A stretch of DNA of 64,000 nucleotides. Source: Mobula hypostoma. Its lineage: Eukaryota. Shown piece after piece: positions 1 to 12,462 of the stretch. The notes below the pieces were generated by a model, which searched no databases, had not been told where the DNA came from, and saw nothing but the letters and a program-made list of their open reading frames with translations. The stretch spans positions 32,800,001-32,864,000 of the forward strand of contig NC_086108.1 in the NCBI RefSeq assembly GCF_963921235.1, in the 5' to 3' direction. The first letter of the stretch is position 1; every line of letters begins with the position of its first letter. Made by a program: the position numbers and the translations under genes.

Positions 1-347
1 TGCCAGGATGATCAAGGACAAGACCCACCCAGCCAACACACTTTTTGTCCCTCTTCCCTGCGGGAGAAGGCTCAGGAGCTTGAAGACTTGTACAGTCAGA
101 TTTGGGAACAGCTTCTTTCCAGCTGTGGTAAGACTGCTGAACGGATCCAGATCTGGGCCGTACCCTCCAAATATCCGGACCCGCCTCTCAGTTATTTTGC
201 ACTACCCTACTTTCCATTTTCTATTTTCTATTTATGATTTATAATTACTATCGATTTGTACTCCAGGGAGCGGGAAGAGCAGAATCAAATATCGCTGTGA
301 TGATTGTACGTTCTAGTATCAATTGTTTGGCGACTATAAAGTATAAA
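1..347 (+). mobile_element. Rex1/Babar-type LINE 3' end fragment
   Basis: ORF 8..244 'DKTHPANTLFVPLPCGRRLRSLKTCTVRFGNSFFPAVVRLLN' matches the C-terminal HP..LF..LPSGRR..SFFP motif of Rex1/Babar ORFs; followed by a 3' UTR ending TAAAGTATAA. Confidence 0.8.
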
Positions 348-1638
348 GGATTTTAAAGCATTTGGAGAAGCATAGTTTAGGGAAAGTGTGCATTGCTTTG
401 TGAGGAGCAGGATGTGACAAAACAAATTGATAAAGGTAGAGAAGTGGATGTGGTATACATGCATTTTAGTAAGTCATTTGACAAATGTCCCTGTGCTACA
501 CTCATTCATAATGTCAGGAGGCATGGGATCCAGGGAGCTTGGCTGTGTGGATTCAGAATCAGCTAGCTCACAGAAGACAGAGGGTGTTAATACAAGGAGA
601 GTATTGTGCCTAGGTTTATGACTAGTGGTGTTCCATAGGGGTCTGTTCTGGTATCCCTGCTCTTTGAGGTCTTTAGAAATGACTTAGATGAGGTAGTGCA
701 AAGGTAGATTACTAAGTTTGCAGATGACATGAAGGTTGGTGGTGCTGTGGATAGTGTGGAAAGCTGTCATGTGTTACATTGGGACTTAGACAGGATGTAG
801 ATCTGAGCTGAGAAGTAGCAGATGATGTTCAATTCAGGGAAATGTGAAGTGATTCACTTTGGAAGGTCAAATTTGCAGGCAGAATACAAGGTTAATGGCA
901 GGGTTCTTAGCAGTAGGGGAAATGGGGGGATTTGGGATCCATGACCATAGATCCCTCAAAGTTGCCATGCAAGTTGATAGGGTGGTTAAGAAGGCATGTG
1001 GTGTGTCAGCCTTCATTAGTTAAGGCATTGAGTTCAAGAGCCGCGAGGTAATGTTGCAGCTCTATAAAACTCTGGTTAGACCACATTTGGAATATTGTGC
1101 TAAGTTCACGTTTCCTCATTATGAGAAAGATGTGGAAGCTTTAGAGAAGGTGCAGAGGAGATTTACCAGGCTGCTGCCAGGATTAGAAAGCATTCCTTAT
1201 GAAGAGAGGTTGAGTGAGCTAGGGCTTTACTCTTTGGAGTGAAAGAAGATGAGAGGTGACTTGATAGAGGTGTACAAGATGATAAGAGGTATTGATAGAG
1301 GGCACAGACTGTGCCTTTTTCCCAGAATTGCAATGGCTAATATGAGAGTACATACTTTTAAGGTGATTGGAAGAAATATAGGGTTACGTTAGAGGTAGGC
1401 ATTTACATAGAGAGTGATGGAGTGTGGAATTTACTGCCAGGATTGGTGGTAGAGGCAAAAACATTAGGGGCATTTAACAGACACTTAAATAGGCACATGG
1501 ATGAAAGAAATATTAGAGGTCTATGTGTGAGGGAAGGGACAGACTGATTTTGGAGTAGGTTAAAAGTTTGGTACAACATCTTGGGCTGAAGGGCCTGTAT
1601 GGGGCAGTACTGTCCTGTGCTCTTTGTTCTATGTTCTA
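348..1638 (+). mobile_element. Degraded 5'-truncated CR1 LINE (RT and C-terminus)
   Basis: KFADD-coding sequence near 715; '[13 protein letters not shown]...[17 protein letters not shown]' (1051..1242); many stops; TTCTATGTTCTA tail. Confidence 0.9.
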
Positions 1639-1753
1639 AGCCAGCAGTCCCCAAACACCGTGCCGCAAAGCATGTGCTACCGGGCCGTGAGGAAGCGATC
1701 TGAGTCAGCTGCACCTTTCCTCATTCCCTGTCACGCACTGTTGAACTTGAACA

Positions 1754-2390
1754 TAGGGTTGCCAACTGTCCCGTATTTGCCGGGACATCTGGTATAGTGG
1801 GCTAAATTGGTTTGTCCCATACGGGACCGCCCTTGTCCTGTATTTCCCCCGCTAAGGTACAGCGTTCCTATGAAAACTTTCGTGCCGAAATGGTGTAAAG
1901 CGAAGAAGCAATTACCATTCATTTATATGGGAAAAATTTTTGAGCGTTTCCAGACCCAAAAAATAACCTACCAAATCATACCAAATAACACATAAAACCG
2001 AAAATAATTCTAACATATAGAAAAAGCATTAATGATATGATAAATACACAGCCTATATAAAGTAGAAATAATGTATGTACAGTGTAGTCGGGAAGATTAA
2101 GCCAAAACCGATTTGTGGGGAAAAAAAATCGGCACGTACGCGCATATGCACGTCACATATGCAAACGTCATGCATGCACACACAGGAGCCCGCGCAAGGC
2201 TTCATGGTCATGGCAGTCTTCCTCGGGGTACACACAAGTGTCTCGTCAACACACACCAAAAATGCTGGTGAACGCAGCAGGCCAGGCAGCATCTATAGGA
2301 AGAGGTACAGTCGACGTTTTCGGCCGAGACCCTTCGTCAGGATTTGACTGCTACTTTTGTCCCTTATTTGGGAGAAAGTTGGCAACCCTA
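1754..2390. mobile_element. Internal hAT-like element with TAGGGTTGCCAACT TIRs, nested in the MITE
   Basis: TAGGGTTGCCAACT at 1754 and AGTTGGCAACCCTA ending 2390; no clear TSD. Confidence 0.7.
2247..2342 (-). mobile_element. Penelope-like element (PLE) 3'-end mini-copy with hammerhead motif
   Basis: Minus strand reads TCCTGACGAAGGGTCTCGGCCGAAAACGTCGACTG...GCTGCCTGGCCTGCTGCGTTCACCAGCA; homologous to 11564..11661. Confidence 0.85.
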
Positions 2391-4260
2391 ACTGTAAAAG
2401 ACATTTGCGGTGAGTTTAACCCTACTTGAACATCCCCCCCCCACCCCCGGTCGGCCCGTCCGCAAGAATATTGTCAATATTAAACTGGTCTGCGGTGCAA
2501 AAAAGTTTGGGGACCCCTGTTCTAAGCCATTCCACACTCACAATTGTGGTTCAGGAACTAATATCCAGCAGGCGGTGAAATTGCTGGGTACGGGTGGCTT
2601 GCAGTCAGTGGAGGAGGCAAGGATGGCATGGGTGCCAGCTCACTGAAGGACAAATGCAAACGCAAATCCTTTTGCAGAGGACAGTGATGAAGGGTTTGAC
2701 GGCTACAGAAGAAGACGTAAACAATAAAATGCCTGGTGCATTGCAACACTCCTAAAAGCCTCAAGTGAAAAAAATCAGGATATACCAAGGGGCTTCAGCA
2801 TCAACTTGCTTTGCATGGTGCTTTGGGCTCATCCTTTCAGGTGCAGAGCAGATAACCAGCTCTCTAGTCCCAACCAAACGGCAGGGTATGATACTGCAAT
2901 ACCAATAGAGCAGAGTCAGATCTGAGTGCTGTAGTGGACGTTCAGACAGCTATCAAGCAAGCTGATCGTGTTGCCACTGCAGTCCTGAATCAGTGTTTAA
3001 AGAGATTGGCAGGGGTTACGTCAGCAGCCTCACCTCTGACAGGTTACTGCAGTGCAGCATTAGTGCAACCAGGGACATTCGCAATGTCTGAAATTTGCCA
3101 CCGGCTGTTCTTTACCAGAGGTCACCCAAGGTGTCCGTTTACAGAGAACAAAGCCCTAGCATCGTTCACTCCTGCCAGAGACCAGCAGAGGGAGAAAGCG
3201 TACAGCTCCGCTTGCTCTGCAGGCTTTGCCTAGGGCCAGAATGCCGGTAATTGTGTGTGCCTTGCATTTCACGTGCTTCATTTCAACTTTGTTTTATACC
3301 AGAGTCAAAAGGAGTTCAATTCCATTCCCTCAACAAACTTGCTTACCAATCTCACAGGTCAATGCCTGGTATTCCAGGAGCCTGGAAATACAATCACAAA
3401 ACCTTGTTTTGTTTTGTTATGCATTAAAAATTAATTTTCCCTGGGGTGAAATGCAGTAATACCTATCACAACCCAGATGGTGAGCACTTCCTATGAATCG
3501 TTGTACAATGTCCTAAGGTTCAATAGGTCTTCCAAGTCCATGCTCTTCAATATTGTGGTGCATCACCTCTAGGAGATCCACTAGTTTTGTCCCACTGTTC
3601 ACCAGTCTGGTGAATTTTTTTGTCCAAAGCTAATTTTAATCCCCTGAGATACTTATTATTTTCCATGACATAACAAAACAAATAGTGCATTGAAAATAGT
3701 GTGAAAATGTTACGAAAATCTAATCAAGAGCAAGGGTTAATGTGAATTAAAATTGATTATTTTCAGTACTGGTGCAAGCCTATTGGTCATTTTTTCCTTT
3801 TTTATATCTCTACCACTGTAGTGCTGTTAGGCAGTTTAATTAAATCTGAAAAACCTCATCCAAAACAAGGAAATATTGCGATAAACTGCAAATTTACCTC
3901 ATTGGTGTTTTAAAATATTCGCAGTTGTAATCTATATCTGCATGGTGCTGCATACAATAGAAGACAGTACAGTTTAACTTGCTATTCCACAGTGACAGAA
4001 TCACCTAAACTTGTATAAGAGGCAGATTAGCTTGTTATTGGAGTTTGTGTTGAAATTGTTACACAAGTCTATGATACAGTTAAGTCCCAAAGTAGAAAGA
4101 TTTGTAAAGCTGAGCAAAACTAATCAATTGTAATAACAAGCTTATGCAATGTCCAGCAAGTCAACTCAATTTGTCCAATTTCTTAAAATTATTGCCAATT
4201 GCCAAATACCAACTACTTAACGGCAATTCTTTTTTCTGCAAGTTTCAGATTGTGAGCTTA

Positions 4261-5590
4261 TAGAATATAGAACACAGAACAGTACAGCACAGTACAGGCC
4301 CTTTGTCCCATGATGTTGTGACAACCTTTTAAACTATTCCAAAATCAATTTAACCCTTCCCTCACACACAGCCCTCCATTTTTCTTTCATCTGTGTCTCA
4401 TAAAAGTCCCTGATGTATCAGACCCCACCACTAATCCTGGAAGTGCATTCCAAACATTTACCAATCTTCATGTGAAAAAAACTACTTCTGACCCCCAATG
4501 CTTTCCTCCAATCACCTAAAAGTATGTCCCCTTGTATTAGCTATTGCTGTTCTGGGAAAAAGGTGTTGGCTGTCCACTCTATCTATGCTTCTTATCGTCT
4601 TATACACATCTATCAAGTTGTCCCTCATCCTCCTTTGCTCCAAAGAAAAAATCCTTAGTTTGCTCAACTTTTTCTCAGAAGGAATGCCCTTTAGTCCAGG
4701 CCGCATCCTGGTAAATCTCCTCTGCACCATCTCGAAAGCTTCTATATCCTTCCTATAATGAGGCAGCCAAAACTGAACAAAATACTCTTAAGTATGGCCT
4801 AACCAGAGTTTTATATAACTGCAGCATTACCTCTCTGCTCTTGAACTCAATCCCTGACTAATGAAGAGCAACATGCCATATGCCTTTTTAACCATCCTAT
4901 CAACTTGTGTGGTGTCTTTGAGGACTTTGACTTTAAGATCTCTCTGCTCCTCCGCACTGCTAAAAATCCTGCCATTAACTTTGAAAGCTGCCTTCAAGTT
5001 TGATCTTCCAAAGTGTTATCACTTCACACTTTTCCAGATTGAACTTTCATCTGTCACTTCTCAGCACTGCTGTCCATCTTGTTAACGTTCCACTGTAACC
5101 TACGACAATCTTTTACAATATCCACCACACTATCAACTCCTTATCATTTGCAAGCTTATGAGCTCACCCTTCCACTTCCTCATCCAAGTCACTTATACAA
5201 ATCACAAAGAGCAGGGGTTCCAGAACAGATCCCTGTGGATCACCGCTGGTCACCGACTTCCAGGCAGAATACACTCCGTTTACCACCACCCTCTGCCTTC
5301 TGAGGGTAAGCCAGTTCCAATTCCACCAGTCAAGCTTCCCTGGATCCTATGCCTCCTGATATTCTGATTGAGTCTACCATGGGAAAACATGTGGAACACC
5401 TTGCTAAAATACATTAACTGTATACACATCCACCACTCCATCTTAATCAATTTGTTTTGTCACTTTCTCAAAAAAGTCAGTTGGGCTTGTGAGGCATGAC
5501 ACGCACCCTCACAAAGCCATATATCTATATCTAATCAGATTATGCTTCTCCAAAAATTCATAAATCCTGCCTCTGAGAACCCTCTCGAGA
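4261..5590 (-). mobile_element. Degraded CR1 LINE fragment (RT and 3' end)
   Basis: ORF 4512..4730 'VQRRFTRMRPGLKG...RIFSLEQRRMRDNLIDVYK'; TAGAATATAGAAC (reverse-complement CR1 tail) at 4261. Confidence 0.9.
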
Positions 5591-8067
5591 GGATCCTCTT
5601 ACGTCAGCTATTGAATTGTGGCAGCCTCATTCACCCTCAAGCTGCTCTCAACCTGTATCCATTGAATTCCAATTGGCGACGATCAAGAATATGAAAGCAG
5701 ACATTATTTCCCTCCTAGCCTGCGGCTACTTGTCACTCTTAACCGAGTTCAGCTGACATGTAAACAAAAGAATAAAGTAACAGTGAAATATATTTAACCT
5801 AATCAACACATTCTGGAGCCTTTGAGACATACAATGCAGTACCAAACCGTATGCAACCTTTGTCTTTTTGGTTGCATCTAAGGAGCTTTATGAGGTCGTC
5901 TTTCCTTTAGCGACAGGGAATCAGCTCGATACATTGCCACTCTGATTGACCAAAGGAATAAACAACACATTTTGCTCTTCACTTCCTGTATGTTCACACT
6001 TTAAAAACTGGCTGTGTAGCTCAATATAGATCAAGAACATTGTTCCTGGAAGAATAACACCAATGTATATCAAAGCTGGCTCTTCAATCAAAGTATAAAT
6101 ACAAACATGGAGATAAATATGGTTTTGTGGAATTTAATTCAGACATATCAAGGAAGGGAAAGAAAAGACAAATCTTGGAATGTTTGATCTTTGACAATGG
6201 CTGAAGTTTCAGTAAACTACTTCACATTAGATTAGATGTGTAGGCTTAACTTTCTGAGGTTATTCATATTTTCAGTTGGTTTCTATCAGCAGCTGCTCCT
6301 CTACCCAGCCCAATGAGTCCCCTTGCCTTACACCGTAGATATGTTTGACGTCCTCAAATGTTCTTCCTTGACGATGAGAAAGAGTGAGAGAGCTATGTAC
6401 ACAAAGTATCTCCTTTTCCTCTTCACAATGACTCCCTTTCCTTTTCCATGACTCTTTTGATCTTAAGAGTTCAATCCACATCATCTCTATATCACAATGA
6501 GCAATGTCGCCAAGAGATATTCAATGTTCTCCAGCATGTAGCCCTGGGTACGTTTTTATAAAATCCACCATATCCCTCATTAATTTCATCCCCCATCAAT
6601 AAAGACTGCAACACCATTCGGGGAAAGCTGGTTTTATTGCACCTTGATGGTTTACCTGCAGGGTTATCTGTTTATAGTGGGCATGAAGCTTCCTGCCTTC
6701 AGCCACCAAATGACACTGAACTTCATCCCACAACTCTGCAGGAATAGTCATCCATTACTTTTAAAACACATTGTGTTATCTTATACCTCTGCTTCTCTTT
6801 ATATTTGGTTCTAAGGATGTTGTCTCATCCACTCATTGAAAATAATCTCTATAACCACCCATCATCTCCCCACCAACCTGACCAACCCTTTGCAGGGGAG
6901 TCCTGTAATTTACTCCTCCTTTTAAAAGAAGACACGTATACTTGAGACTCGGGCCTTCATTGAACTTCGAACTTAAAGAACTTAAACTAATTTAATCTAC
7001 CTCCACTTCAAACACTACATGTTGTTCTCATTTTATTAAATTATTCTCAATTCTACACAGCAATTGCATCCTCTCTTAATGCAATTGTTTAGTTGCAAAT
7101 AGAACTTCAATACTATCCTTTTTTAAAAATCTTCTAAAGCATTAAAAATAGGCAAACCAGTCAGGGAAACATTTTTCAATTTCTCATCATCAGTCTGCTG
7201 GGAAATTGACCCATGTTCTTAAAAACAATGAAAAGTTGTAAATCCCCACAGGTTGCACAAGAGTCAAAAGATTTACTGCACCACAGATGAAAAGTAAATA
7301 CTTAGCCATGTTTCCATGGCAACAAGTGCACATAAACCATGAGTGTGTAGTATTAATTTACTGACATTTAATATCATCAGCCAAGCTTAAGTGTTCCAGT
7401 CTATTTATAGGCAGCAATGACCAGAATGCTAACCTGCAATTCTTGGCTCAGTGTAGTCAAAAGCTGTCAAAGGCCATTAGAACGGTGTGGGAAAAATCAG
7501 TCGCAGCTTTAAGGGAGACCTCAGAAGGAAAATGCATACCACCTGGGACTATATTGTGTTTGTGTTGATAGTAATGGATTAAATGCCTGTGTTGGCCCGG
7601 GTTTGCAGTGAGATGCTGGCAAAACTGTAAAGGAACTTGCCTATGACAAGTCATTGTCTGCAACTTCCACTCTTCAGGGCATGTGCATGTGAGTACAGAC
7701 ATTCTGAAATTGCTGTCATGCATTCACCACTGAGCAGTAGGCCGCACTCTGATACTGGGCCTCCTATGGAATTCAGTGCGGAAGCAGGAACTTGAGCAGA
7801 ATTCCCCCCGTCCTCATGTGTTGCCTTTAGCAACAAATCCTGGCTGAGATGAGCATCAAGATTGGTGAACATTTCTCAGGCTACATGGAAGGACATAGTT
7901 GTGAAGACCTCAAGTAAGTGTTCACGAATGTAAAAAGGATCTTCAGAAAAGTTCTCCTAATGTTAAAACAACACTTCAATTTTGTAATCGGAATTTTTAA
8001 AACACATCACAGATTGCTAATTTGGAGTTTTTAAAATCCAGAAATATGGAGTAGAATAAAGAGTAGA

Positions 8068-8554
8068 AGTTTCGGGCTGAGACCTTTCCTCGGGACTGAA
8101 AGGAAGGAGACAGAGACACACACAAAATGCTGGAGGAGCTCAGCAGGCCAGGCAGCGTCTATGGAAAAGAGTACAGTCGACGTTTCAGGCCGAGATCCTT
8201 CAGCAGCCCCTGCTGAAGGGTCTCAGCCCGAAACTTTTGTACTCGTTTCCATAGACGCTGCCTGGCCTGCTGAGTTCCTCCAGGATTCTGTGTACGTTGC
8301 TCGGATTTCCAGCATCTGCAGATTTTCTCTTGTTTGCTGTGGAAAGAGACAGAAGCTGGAATAAGAAGGTGGTGGGGGAGGGGAAGTAGTATAACCTTGC
8401 AGATGACAGGTGAAACCAGGTGAGGCAGCAGGTGGGTGTGTGGGAGGGCGGGGGGTGGAATGAATTGAGAAGCTGAGAGGTGATAAGTGGAAGAGGTAAA
8501 GGGCTGAAAAAGAGAAGTAATCTGATAGAAGTCAATAAGCATCTGCAGAATCTC
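8068..8554 (-). mobile_element. Older PLE 3'-region fragment hosting the 8115..8340 palindrome; its inverted tail is split by the CR1 at 8555 and resumes at 10357..10367
   Basis: GTTTCGGGCTGAGACC...GGACTGAAAGG then a purine-rich UTR homologous to the reverse complement of 11280..11600; tail AGCATCTGCAGAATCTC|TTGTGTTT split by the CR1. Confidence 0.7.
8115..8340. mobile_element. Fold-back (palindromic) PLE mini-element, older subfamily
   Basis: Inverted arms meet at CTTCAGCAG-CCC-CTGCTGAAG (centre 8207..8209); extra tail on the right arm; near-perfect 13-bp TSD GGAA(G/A)GAGACAGA at 8102..8114 and 8341..8353. Confidence 0.85.
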
Positions 8555-10349
8555 AATTATGTGAAGAAAAAAAGGATGACAGGAGTGAAGGTAGGACCGA
8601 TTAGAGATAAAGGTGGGAAGGTGTGTCTGGAGGCTGTGGAAGTAGGCGAGGTCCTCAATGAATACTTCTCTTTGGTATTCACCAATGAGAGGGAACTTGA
8701 TGATGGTGAGGACAATATGAGTGAGGTTGATGTTCTGGAGCATGCTGATATTAAGGGAGCGGAGGTGTTGGAGTTGCTAAAATACATTAGGACAGATAAG
8801 TCCCCGGGGCCTGACGGAATATTCCCCAGGCTGCTCCACGAGGCGAGAGAAGAGATTGCTGAGCCTCTAGCTAGGATCTTTATGTCCTCGTTGTCCACGG
8901 GAATGGTACCGGAGGATTGGAGGGAGGTGAATGTTGTTCCCTTGTTCAAAAAGGTAGTAGGGATAGTCCGGGTAATTATAGACCAGTGAGCCTTATGTCT
9001 GTGGTGGGAAAGCAGTTGGAAAATATTCTTAGAGATAGGATCTGTAGGCATTTAGAGAATCATGGTCTGATCAGGGACAGTCAGCATGGCTTTGTGAAGG
9101 GCAGATCGTGTCTAACAAGCCTGATAGAGTTCTTTGAAGAGGTGACCAGGCATATAGATGAGGGTAGTGCAGTGGATGTGATCTATATGGATTTTAGTAA
9201 GGCATTTGACAAGGTTCCACACGGTAGGCTTATTCAGAAAGTTAGAAGGCATGGGATCCAGGGAAGTTTGGCCAGGTGGATTCAGAATTGGCTTGCCTGC
9301 AGAAGGCAGAGGGTGGTGGTCGGGGGAGTACATTCAGATTGGAGGATTGTGACTAGTGGTGTCCCACAAGGATCTGTTCTGGGACCTCTACTTTTCGAGA
9401 TTTTTATTAACGACCTGGATGTTGGGGTAGAAGGTTGGGTTGGCAAGTTTGCAGATGACACAAAGGTTGGTGGTGTTGTAGATAGTGTAGAGGATTGTCA
9501 AAGATTGCAGAGAGACATTGATAGGATGCAGAAGTGGGCTGAGAAGTGGCAGATGGAGTTCAACCCGGAGAAGTGTGAGATGGTACACTTTGGAAGGACA
9601 AACTCCAAGGCAGAGTGCAAAGTAAATGGCAGGATACTTGGTAGTGTGGAGGAGCAGAGGGATCTTGGGGTACATGTCCACAGATCCCTGAAAGTTGCCT
9701 CACAGGTGGATAGGGTAGTTAAGAAAGCTTATGGGGTGTTAGCTTTCATAAGTCGAGGGATAGAGTTTAAAAGTCGCGATGTAATGATGCAGCTCGGTAA
9801 AACTCTGGTTAGGCCACACTTGGAGTATTGTGTCCAGTTCTGGTCACCTCACTATAGGACGGATGTGGAAGCATTGGAAAGGGTACAGAGGAGATTTACC
9901 AGGTTGCTGCCTGGTTTAGAAAGTATGCATTATGATCAGAGGTTAAGGGAGCTAGGGCTTTACTCCTTGGAGAGAAGGAGGATGAGAGGAGACATGATAG
10001 AGGTGTACAAGATAATAAGAGGAATAGATAGAGTGGATAGCCAGCGCCTCTTCCCCAGGGCACCACTGCTCAATACAAGAGGACATGGCTTTAAGGTAAG
10101 GGGTGGGAAGTTCAAGGGGGATATTAGAGGAAGGTTTTTTACTCAGAGAGTGGTTGGTGCGTGGAATGCACTGCCTGAGTCAGTGGTGGAGGCAGATGCA
10201 CTAGTGAAGTTTAAGAGACTACTAGACAGGTATATGGAGGAATCTAAGTTGGGGGCTTATATAGGAGGCAGGGTTTGAGGGTCAGCACAACATTGTGGGC
10301 CGAAGGGCCTGTACTGTGCTGTACTATTCTATGTTCTATGTTCTATGTT
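8555..10349 (+). mobile_element. Young 5'-truncated CR1 LINE
   Basis: 7-bp TSD GAATCTC (8548..8554, 10350..10356); (TTCTATG)n tail; ORF2 remnant nearly open. Confidence 0.95.
8561..10278 (+). pseudogene. CR1 ORF2 reverse transcriptase (5'-truncated, one frameshift near 8950)
   Basis: KSPGPDGI, PGNYRPVSL, QHGF, DFSKAFDKVPH, GVPQGSVLGPLLF and KFADD motifs across ORFs 8480..8989 and 8917..10278. Confidence 0.95.
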
Positions 10350-11173
10350 GAATCTCTTGTGTTTAACATCTACAGTTTAGTAATAAAAACTTCTTCGAAG
10401 CGAATTTTGAACTTTAAAAATCTTTAAAGCTAGGCTTTTTTTCCTTGCCTTCTAACTTGTTCTATGTTATCTTATTTTTATTTATCTTTTGCTTGTTTCT
10501 GAATGTCCCAGAAGAATTCAGTACATTTTTAAAATGTTTTGACAGTTTGTGTCAGCTCCACTGAAGTGTGAAGTGTGGCAACCATTCCATGTTCAATTTC
10601 CAGTCCTATAGTGGGGTCATCAAAATGGTAACCAGGGAGGGTAAACATGGCCCGAATTCTCGCTCTTGACAGTAAACAATGTTTCAGTGTCCGAGGCTGC
10701 AACCTTACTGGGAATTAATTGGATCTTAAGCAGAAACCTGGGTGATTGGTTAGGTTAGGAACAAGCTGCAGTGATTGCAAATTAGAGACAAGGGAAGATG
10801 GCATTGGATTACACATGGCTGCATTCTTTTCACAGCTGACTGGGCTGAACATTGTGGCCAACTAGCAATGTTTAAGGAACTCATCAATCATGTATCAGCT
10901 TGATTGTGTAAGACAGTTTTTTGTTAAATATAGCAAATAGAGACATTTGCAACAGACTCAGAGATTTGGCCAGTAGCAGTGTTAGTAACAAGATGGTTGT
11001 CCCAGACACTGATTGAGCTGATACAAATTTAGATTTGTAATCCATTGATATTATCACCATAATATGCACATTCTTTGGCCAATGGGAAGAAATGCAATAC
11101 AAAGGCAGGAAACTTAATCTTAAACTGGAATTGAAAGCCTGAAGATTAATCAACAACAGTAATCACATTTACT

Positions 11174-11661
11174 CTAAAGATGAAGCCACACTCAGGTTGG
11201 AGGAACAACACCTTATATTCCGTCTGGGTAGCCTCCAACCTGATGGCATGAACATTGACTTCTCTAACTTCCGCTAATGCCCCACCTCCCCCTCGTACCC
11301 CATCTGTTACTTATTTATATACACACATTCTTTCTCTCACTCTCCTTTTTCTCCCTCTGTCCCTTGCCCATCCTCTGGGTCCCCCCCCCACCCCTCCTTG
11401 TCTTTATTCCCAGACCTCCTGTCCCATGATCCTCTCGTATCCCTTTTGCCAACCACCGGTCCAGCTCTTGGCTCCATCCCTCCCCCTCCTGTCTTCTGCT
11501 ATCATTTTGGATCTCCCCCTCCCCCTCCTACTTTCGAATCTTTTATTCACTCTTCCTTCAGTTAGTCCTGACGAAGTGTCTCAGCTTGAAACGTCGACTG
11601 CACCTCTTCCTAGAGATGCTGCCTGGCCTGCTGCGTTCACCAGCAACTTTGATGTGTGTTG
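11174..11661 (+). mobile_element. 5'-truncated Penelope-like element 3' end (GIY-YIG C-terminus, pyrimidine-rich UTR, hammerhead)
   Basis: Encodes 'DEATLRLEEQHLIFRLGSLQPDGMNIDFSNFR*', typical of the PLE GIY-YIG C-terminus; exact 17-bp TSD CAGTAATCACATTTACT at 11157..11173 and 11662..11678. Confidence 0.9.
11564..11599 (+). ncRNA. Minimal type I hammerhead ribozyme motif (PLE-associated)
   Basis: AGTC-CTGACGA-AGTGTCTCAGCTT-GAAAC-GTC-GACT: conserved core boxes, helix I AGTC/GACT, palindromic ACGT in place of helix III; stem II mutated. Confidence 0.7.
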
Positions 11662-12462
11662 CAGTAATCACATTTACTTTGTTGGGAACAGATTTTACAG
11701 TGGAGTTCAGAATTCAGAGCTTCATGAAGAAAGCAGGGAGGCACAACTGCAGTCAAGTCCATGTTGGTAGTCATGTGTTACCAACTGCAGAGGTTGCTAA
11801 GTAATACTAGGGTAAGAACCATTCGGGGACACCAAAGCAAAGTCACCAGCTTCAGGCTGTACCCGGCAAGCAGCAATACCTGAGGCAGCCAAGATTTCTC
11901 TCTTATCTCTGTCCTGTTAACAGGTCTGATGTGCTGAATACAAATTGAGTTGAATGGAAATCCAGAAATTGTGCTCTAAGGAGCCAAAGGCTTGCCTGCC
12001 ATTGGTGAAGAGGTAGACACCAGAGACATATAGGATAGAAGCAGTAGCATAGAGGCTTTGATGGATTATAAGAAATGGGACAATTATAAAGCTTTGGAAT
12101 CTAATGCCCTTAAAATGCAAGGCTATCCAGAATCATTGCTGCTGGGAAGATCTAAATCCTCCCCGTCTGTCTCATCATCCTTCACTAATGTTGATGGATC
12201 CTGCTCATAGAGGCTTCTTTGTGCCACCTTCTGCCATTCTTCACTGCCCACTGTCTTCTAGGACAGAAATTTAGTAACAGAGACTATTTTAATCAAACAC
12301 AAATAATCTATGTACCGTCTTGACTTTAAGCTCTTAGTGTTCGATGGGGCCCACGCCCTTGCTTGGTCACCTTTGTCTTGTGGCACTCCTGTGATAAACA
12401 ATGTTGCTCTTTGCATTTCTCTAACAATGGAAGGCATGACCTGAACGAGAATGAAGTTCACA

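Larger units (their letters stand above)
1642..2519. mobile_element. Non-autonomous hAT (Charlie-like) DNA transposon / MITE
   Basis: Imperfect TIRs CAGCAGTCCCCAAAC ... GTTTGGGGACCCCTG; exact 8-bp TSD TTCTAAGC at 1634..1641 and 2520..2527. Confidence 0.85.

Noticed and set aside
2934..3233. 99-aa plus-strand ORF in unique sequence
   Set aside because: Non-ATG start, no recognisable homology, length compatible with chance
6272..6484. 70-aa minus-strand ORF that looks protein-like
   Set aside because: No recognisable domain or convincing splice signals; the surrounding region looks like very old LINE debris
7430..7880. Possible minus-strand exons (AG...GT pairs, ORF 7651..7872)
   Set aside because: In-frame stops after the putative acceptors; no recognisable product
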